Shown: positions 8,135 through 11,165 of the stretch, one piece after another | Layout of the letters: each line of letters starts with the position of its first letter | Position numbering within the stretch: position 1 is the first letter of the stretch | From: an uncultured archaeon | GTDB taxonomy: Archaea; Asgardarchaeota; Lokiarchaeia; Sigyniarchaeales; SOKP01 | DNA length: 11,165 nt | Reading direction: 5' to 3' | NCBI GenBank assembly: GCA_964388035.1 | Contig: CAYLZE010000127.1 | Span: forward strand, 2,530-13,694 | The notes under the pieces: generated by a model | Told to the model about the DNA's origin: nothing | Database searches by the model: none | What the model saw: the letters and a program-made list of their open reading frames with translations, nothing else | Program-made: the position numbers and the translations under genes

Positions 8135-8989
8135 ATGAATGTGTCAGCCCCTATCTCCATTCAAGTTATTTGTCCTTTCTGCGGAAAGAAAGGTCAAATA
8201 ATAATTGATAAAAGTAAAGTATATAAAAATGAAAAAGGCATAACAACCGTCAATATTTTACCGGGTTTGGTTTGTGAACATTCTTTTTTGGCATATATCG
8301 ATAAGCATTTTTCTGTTAGAGATTGTTTTGGGATTGATTTTAATATAGAAATACCTCAAATCCAAGCAGATATGCATGATAATTTGCAAGCGCCAGAATT
8401 TGATATAGATATTATAAAATATAATTTAATTCCTTCCTTAATGGTTAATGTGTTAATAGGAGTTTTAAGCAAGGCGAAAGTAATTATTTTAAACGATTTT
8501 GATTATTTAAATGAAATATTCTTGAAATTTTTTGATTACATTTTTAGGAGTTCATTCGAATTTGAAATTCATCTTATAACTTCATTAGATTATAACAAAA
8601 ATAAAAAATTATATAGAAATTCTTTAGTGTTAAGCGGAAATAGAATATTATCGGATAATAAAAATATAATTGATACTAAAAGTACAAAAATTGAAAATGC
8701 AATCATTCAGAAGTTTTTCTCTCAAATTGATAGCCAAAATGGATTCATACTATTTAAGAATGAAATAACTAAGCTCTTTACATTATCCAAAGAGATCATT
8801 GAAATCAATGAAAATCTTAAGGAAAATGAGGATTTTACTTCAAAAAATGCCATTACCTATATTAATAATAAATATAGTACTAAAATTACATATCCATATT
8901 TTAACTTTCTAAGTAACATAGCTGAACATTATTTTAACGTTGTCTTGAAAAAAGCATCAGATTCCGTAGATATCCTCGGATTAATGTAA
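8135..8989 (+). CDS. Hypothetical protein with N-terminal Zn-ribbon (CxxC...CxH), Lokiarchaeia-like family
   Basis: CPFC...CEHSFLAYIDKHFSVRD N-terminal module. ATG 8135 is preferred over TTG 8117 because a TTTATAA box at 8100-8106 sits ~29 nt upstream, which fits a leaderless mRNA. Confidence 0.8.
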   Translation: MNVSAPISIQVICPFCGKKGQIIIDKSKVYKNEKGITTVNILPGLVCEHSFLAYIDKHFSVRDCFGIDFNIEIPQIQADMHDNLQAPEFDIDIIKYNLIPSLMVNVLIGVLSKAKVIILNDFDYLNEIFLKFFDYIFRSSFEFEIHLITSLDYNKNKKLYRNSLVLSGNRILSDNKNIIDTKSTKIENAIIQKFFSQIDSQNGFILFKNEITKLFTLSKEIIEINENLKENEDFTSKNAITYINNKYSTKITYPYFNFLSNIAEHYFNVVLKKASDSVDILGLM

Positions 8990-9061
8990 AAAACCTTTTA
9001 AACTGATTTTTCGGGTTTTATATTCCACTGATTTCGTATTTAGAGTCTATTTAGATTTATG

Positions 9062-9079
9062 TGATAAAAATTTAAATAT
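9062..9079 (+). promoter_or_regulatory. Putative archaeal BRE/TATA promoter of the 7TM gene
   Basis: TGATAAAAATTTAAATAT, with TTTAAATA at 9071-9078 ~54 nt before ATG 9132. GGTGA Shine-Dalgarno at 9124-9128. Confidence 0.6.
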
Positions 9080-9131
9080 ACTAAAATGCCACTATTTTTA
9101 TATAAGAAATTAAGTAATTAAGTGGTGAAAT

Positions 9132-9875
9132 ATGCCTTTAGAACCAGTGGATTATGTTAATGGAGTTATGAGTTCCATTTCTTTTTCCGTTTCGATTTTT
9201 GTTGTATTCTTGATCCTTTATAAATATACAAAATTCAAAAATAAACAATTGATCTATATTGCTATTTCGATGTTTGGGATAATGTGGACGTATAGTTCTA
9301 CGGTTGCTTCGTTTTTTACCTTGTTACTTACTCAAAATCCCTTACCTATGGAAATTTATTTCATTTTGGGTAATGGTATATTTCCCTTTACCCTAGCATG
9401 TTGGATTTACGTGGTTTTTGATTTAAAAAAGTCAAATCGCGCTAAAATATATGGTCTAACCACGTTGATTATCATGGGTTTTCTTGATTTCATTTACATT
9501 TTTCTGGTATTTACTCAACCGAATTTAATTGGTATGAGCGAAGGAAACGTTGATATTAGATATACGGGTTATGCGCAACTTTATTTAATAGCCTCTCTAT
9601 CGTTTGTTTGGATAGGACTAATTGTTTTTCTTAGAGACGTATTTAAATCCTCTTCGTTAGTTCCAAAAGTAAAAGGAAGTTTAATTCTTGTTTCACTTGT
9701 GATCTTTTCAATTGCTTCCAGTTTTGATGGCTTTTATGAATTAGATATTCTACAGTTAATTATAGTTAGATCGTTTGTGATTATCGCAAGCATTTTAGGC
9801 TATATGGGATGGCTTTTACCCGAATCGATTAAACGATTACTTGAAAAAGAGAAACCGGTAATGAAAGTTGAATAG
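9132..9875 (+). CDS. Stand-alone 7-transmembrane membrane protein of unknown function
   Basis: 247 aa, seven hydrophobic segments separated by short, often Lys-rich loops. GGTGA RBS. No soluble output domain. Confidence 0.85.
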   Translation: MPLEPVDYVNGVMSSISFSVSIFVVFLILYKYTKFKNKQLIYIAISMFGIMWTYSSTVASFFTLLLTQNPLPMEIYFILGNGIFPFTLACWIYVVFDLKKSNRAKIYGLTTLIIMGFLDFIYIFLVFTQPNLIGMSEGNVDIRYTGYAQLYLIASLSFVWIGLIVFLRDVFKSSSLVPKVKGSLILVSLVIFSIASSFDGFYELDILQLIIVRSFVIIASILGYMGWLLPESIKRLLEKEKPVMKVE

Positions 9876-10038
9876 CTTTAATATTCTTAAGTTAAAATCA
9901 AGATTTTTTTTTCAATTTTATTTAATTTTATTAATTAGAAAAGTATAAACTATTTCTTGAGATATTTAAGAAGGAAATTCAACTAAAGTAAAGTATGTTC
10001 AATGATTAGATAAATAATAATGTTAATCAAAATTCTAC

Positions 10039-10107
10039 TTCTTTCGTTTCTTTTTTCGAAATAAAATGAGATCTCAAGGTAATTGTAATGTTTCTCTTAA
10101 TATTTTT
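10039..10107 (+). repeat. Degenerate direct repeat, copy 2, just downstream of the tRNA 3' end
   Basis: Aligns with 7608-7677, sharing the 16-mer TTTTTTCGAAATAAAA. Confidence 0.6.
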
Positions 10108-10135
10108 ATCAATTCTTTAATATTATAAGCAATGT

Positions 10136-10140
10136 AAAAA
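10136..10140 (-). terminator. Oligo-T tract after tRNA-Pro
   Basis: TTTTT two nt after the discriminator A73; typical of archaeal oligo-U termination. Confidence 0.4.
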
Positions 10141-10156
10141 GTGGGAGAGGGGGGAA

Positions 10157-10186
10157 GTGCTCTCTCTTCAAGAGGTTTTCAGAGAT
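10157..10186 (-). other. tRNA intron 3 (30 nt, non-canonical position 58/59 in the T-loop)
   Basis: BHB: central helix GTTC/GAGC, bulges AA|A and AC|T, intron helix TCTCT/AGAGA, outer helix GGGG/TCCC. Confidence 0.88.
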
Positions 10187-10207
10187 TTGAACCCCCGACC
10201 ACTCGGC

Positions 10208-10235
10208 TTCTGGTATGGCTGCAATGCAGAAATAA
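10208..10235 (-). other. tRNA intron 2 (28 nt, canonical position 37/38)
   Basis: Strict BHB: central helix CTGG/CCAG, bulges GG|T and AA|G, intron helix TAT/ATA then CTGC/GCAG, with the anticodon stem as the outer helix. Confidence 0.92.
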
Positions 10236-10245
10236 CCCCAGCCGA

Positions 10246-10277
10246 TTCGACTTAGCATGAAGAAATCTCAATGTAAC
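10246..10277 (-). other. tRNA intron 1 (32 nt, non-canonical position 27/28)
   Basis: Central helix TGAT/GTCG, bulges AC|G and AA|T, intron helix starting TTA/TAA. The exon-side helix is not directly stacked, so this is a relaxed BHB/BHL motif. Confidence 0.8.
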
Positions 10278-10332
10278 GTATCATACCAAGCTAGACCACC
10301 CTCCCTGTCATTAATGCGGCATATATGACGCG

Positions 10333-10345
10333 TTATAATTATTTC
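10333..10345 (-). promoter_or_regulatory. Putative BRE/TATA of the tRNA gene
   Basis: GAAATAATTATAA on the minus strand, with TTATAA ending ~28 nt upstream of tRNA G1. Confidence 0.5.
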
Positions 10346-10515
10346 ATATTATCAAATACCATTATGAAATTTCTTTTTTCATATCATTATATGGGAGACA
10401 ATTAATCTAATTAAACGTGTTAAATAAAATTTATTTCCCGAAATGTTATGGAATATACTCATAATTTTTAAATCTTTTAGAGGGTTTTAATAAATATCAA
10501 ATTTTTAGAATTCTC

Positions 10516-10806
10516 ATGAGAAGTAGAAAACCTTTTTATATTTTTTGGCCGCAATATTTCGAAGCAAAACGAACTCGAAAAGAAGGAAGGCGTCTTGCTA
10601 AGAATTTAGCCTTGGAGAAAGTTTCCATGGGGGAAATAGCTAAAGCAGCGAAAAATTTAGGGTATCAAGTGGAAGTAGACGCGATAAGCCGGTATCCCAG
10701 AACGTGGTGGGATTCTCCGGGCAGGGTTTTGATAGAGACTAAGGGCAAGCAGAAGGCGAGAGTTATTAAAGAAATAGCCAAGGAATTGCGAAAGGCTAAG
10801 TCTTAG
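10516..10806 (+). CDS. srp19: Signal recognition particle protein SRP19
   Basis: 96 aa with IFWPQYF..KRTRKEGRR, EIAKAAKNLG and YPRTWW..GRV motifs, typical of archaeal SRP19. Confidence 0.95.
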   Translation: MRSRKPFYIFWPQYFEAKRTRKEGRRLAKNLALEKVSMGEIAKAAKNLGYQVEVDAISRYPRTWWDSPGRVLIETKGKQKARVIKEIAKELRKAKS

Positions 10807-10836
10807 ATGAAATTTATACGGTATTGAGGATTATCG

Positions 10837-11165
10837 ATGCATGAATTTTCTTTTGCCATGAATATTTTCAAGGTTGCTGAAGCCACCGCTAAGAAATACA
10901 ATGCTAAAAAGATAACGGAAGTATATTTAGAGATAGGAGAGCTCACGTTAATAGTCCCCCATTTACTGAAGCAATCTTTTAAAATGGCTACCACGGGTTC
11001 GATTGCCGAAGATGCGGAATTGAGAATCGAGATTGTTCCCGGGACAATTCGGTGCCGAGAATGCGGCAAGACGTCTACCGTGACGCTCAGCGAAGAAGCA
11101 CAGTTAACGGGGCTTCAGTTATTTCAATGCCGGCATTGCGAAAGTAAAAATACGGAAATAATAAG
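10837..11165 (+). CDS. hypA: Hydrogenase maturation nickel metallochaperone HypA (3'-truncated by the window edge)
   Basis: Not in the ORF track; translated by hand: MHEFSFAMNIFKVAEATAKKYNAKKITEVYLEIGELTLIVPHLLKQSFKMATTGSIAEDAELRIEIVPGTIRCRECGK...FQCRHCESKNTEII. It has the N-terminal MHE Ni site, two CxxC motifs and a GAGGA RBS at 10826-10830. Confidence 0.95.
   Translation, partial: MHEFSFAMNIFKVAEATAKKYNAKKITEVYLEIGELTLIVPHLLKQSFKMATTGSIAEDAELRIEIVPGTIRCRECGKTSTVTLSEEAQLTGLQLFQCRHCESKNTEII

Larger units (their letters stand above)
10142..10305 (-). tRNA. tRNA-Pro(GGG) with three introns
   Basis: Exons 10305-10278, 10245-10236, 10207-10187 and 10156-10142 join to GGGAGGG TG GTCT AGCTTGGTA TGAT A CTCGG CT GGG GG CCGAG TGGTC GGGGG TTCAATT CCCCC CTCTCCC A (74 nt). 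Acceptor, anticodon and T stems pair fully (one G-U in the acceptor stem); the D stem has 3 pairs plus U13/U22. Anticodon GGG at 10239-10237. CCA is not encoded. Confidence 0.93.

Noticed and set aside
9132-9875. Microbial rhodopsin
   Set aside because: No retinal-binding Lys (DxxxK-type motif) in TM7.
10156-10185. Intron 3 placed at 59/60 or 60/61 (mature loop TTCAAAT)
   Set aside because: The 59/60 register gives no 4-bp central helix. The 58/59 register gives a complete BHB (GTTC/GAGC plus TCTCT/AGAGA) and is preferred.
10142-10305. tRNA pseudogene, split/permuted tRNA, or intron-encoded C/D guide
   Set aside because: All exons are contiguous and in normal order with intact stems and splice motifs. 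The 28-32-nt introns are too short and lack paired C/D boxes.
10803-11069. Minus-strand 88-aa ORF
   Set aside because: Antisense to the clear hypA frame starting at 10837.
1-11165. CRISPR array, IS element or integrase
   Set aside because: No regularly spaced repeats, transposase or recombinase ORF, or terminal inverted repeats seen.

Overview
AT-rich archaeal window; the protein families look like Asgard archaea (Lokiarchaeia), which is an inference. Left part, minus strand, in transcription order: Spinster-like MFS transporter, sulfatase-fold hydrolase with Thr at the formylglycine position, glycyl-radical enzyme (GRE) with non-canonical catalytic loops, and thiolase. Middle: two plus-strand accessory genes (a Zn-ribbon protein with a possible DENN-like segment and a stand-alone 7TM protein) bracketed by a degenerate ~70-bp direct repeat. 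Right part: srp19 and a truncated hypA. The main hidden element is at 10142-10305 (minus): a tRNA-Pro(GGG) gene split by three introns (27/28, 37/38, 58/59), each with a bulge-helix-bulge (BHB)-type splice motif, which splices to a clean 74-nt cloverleaf.
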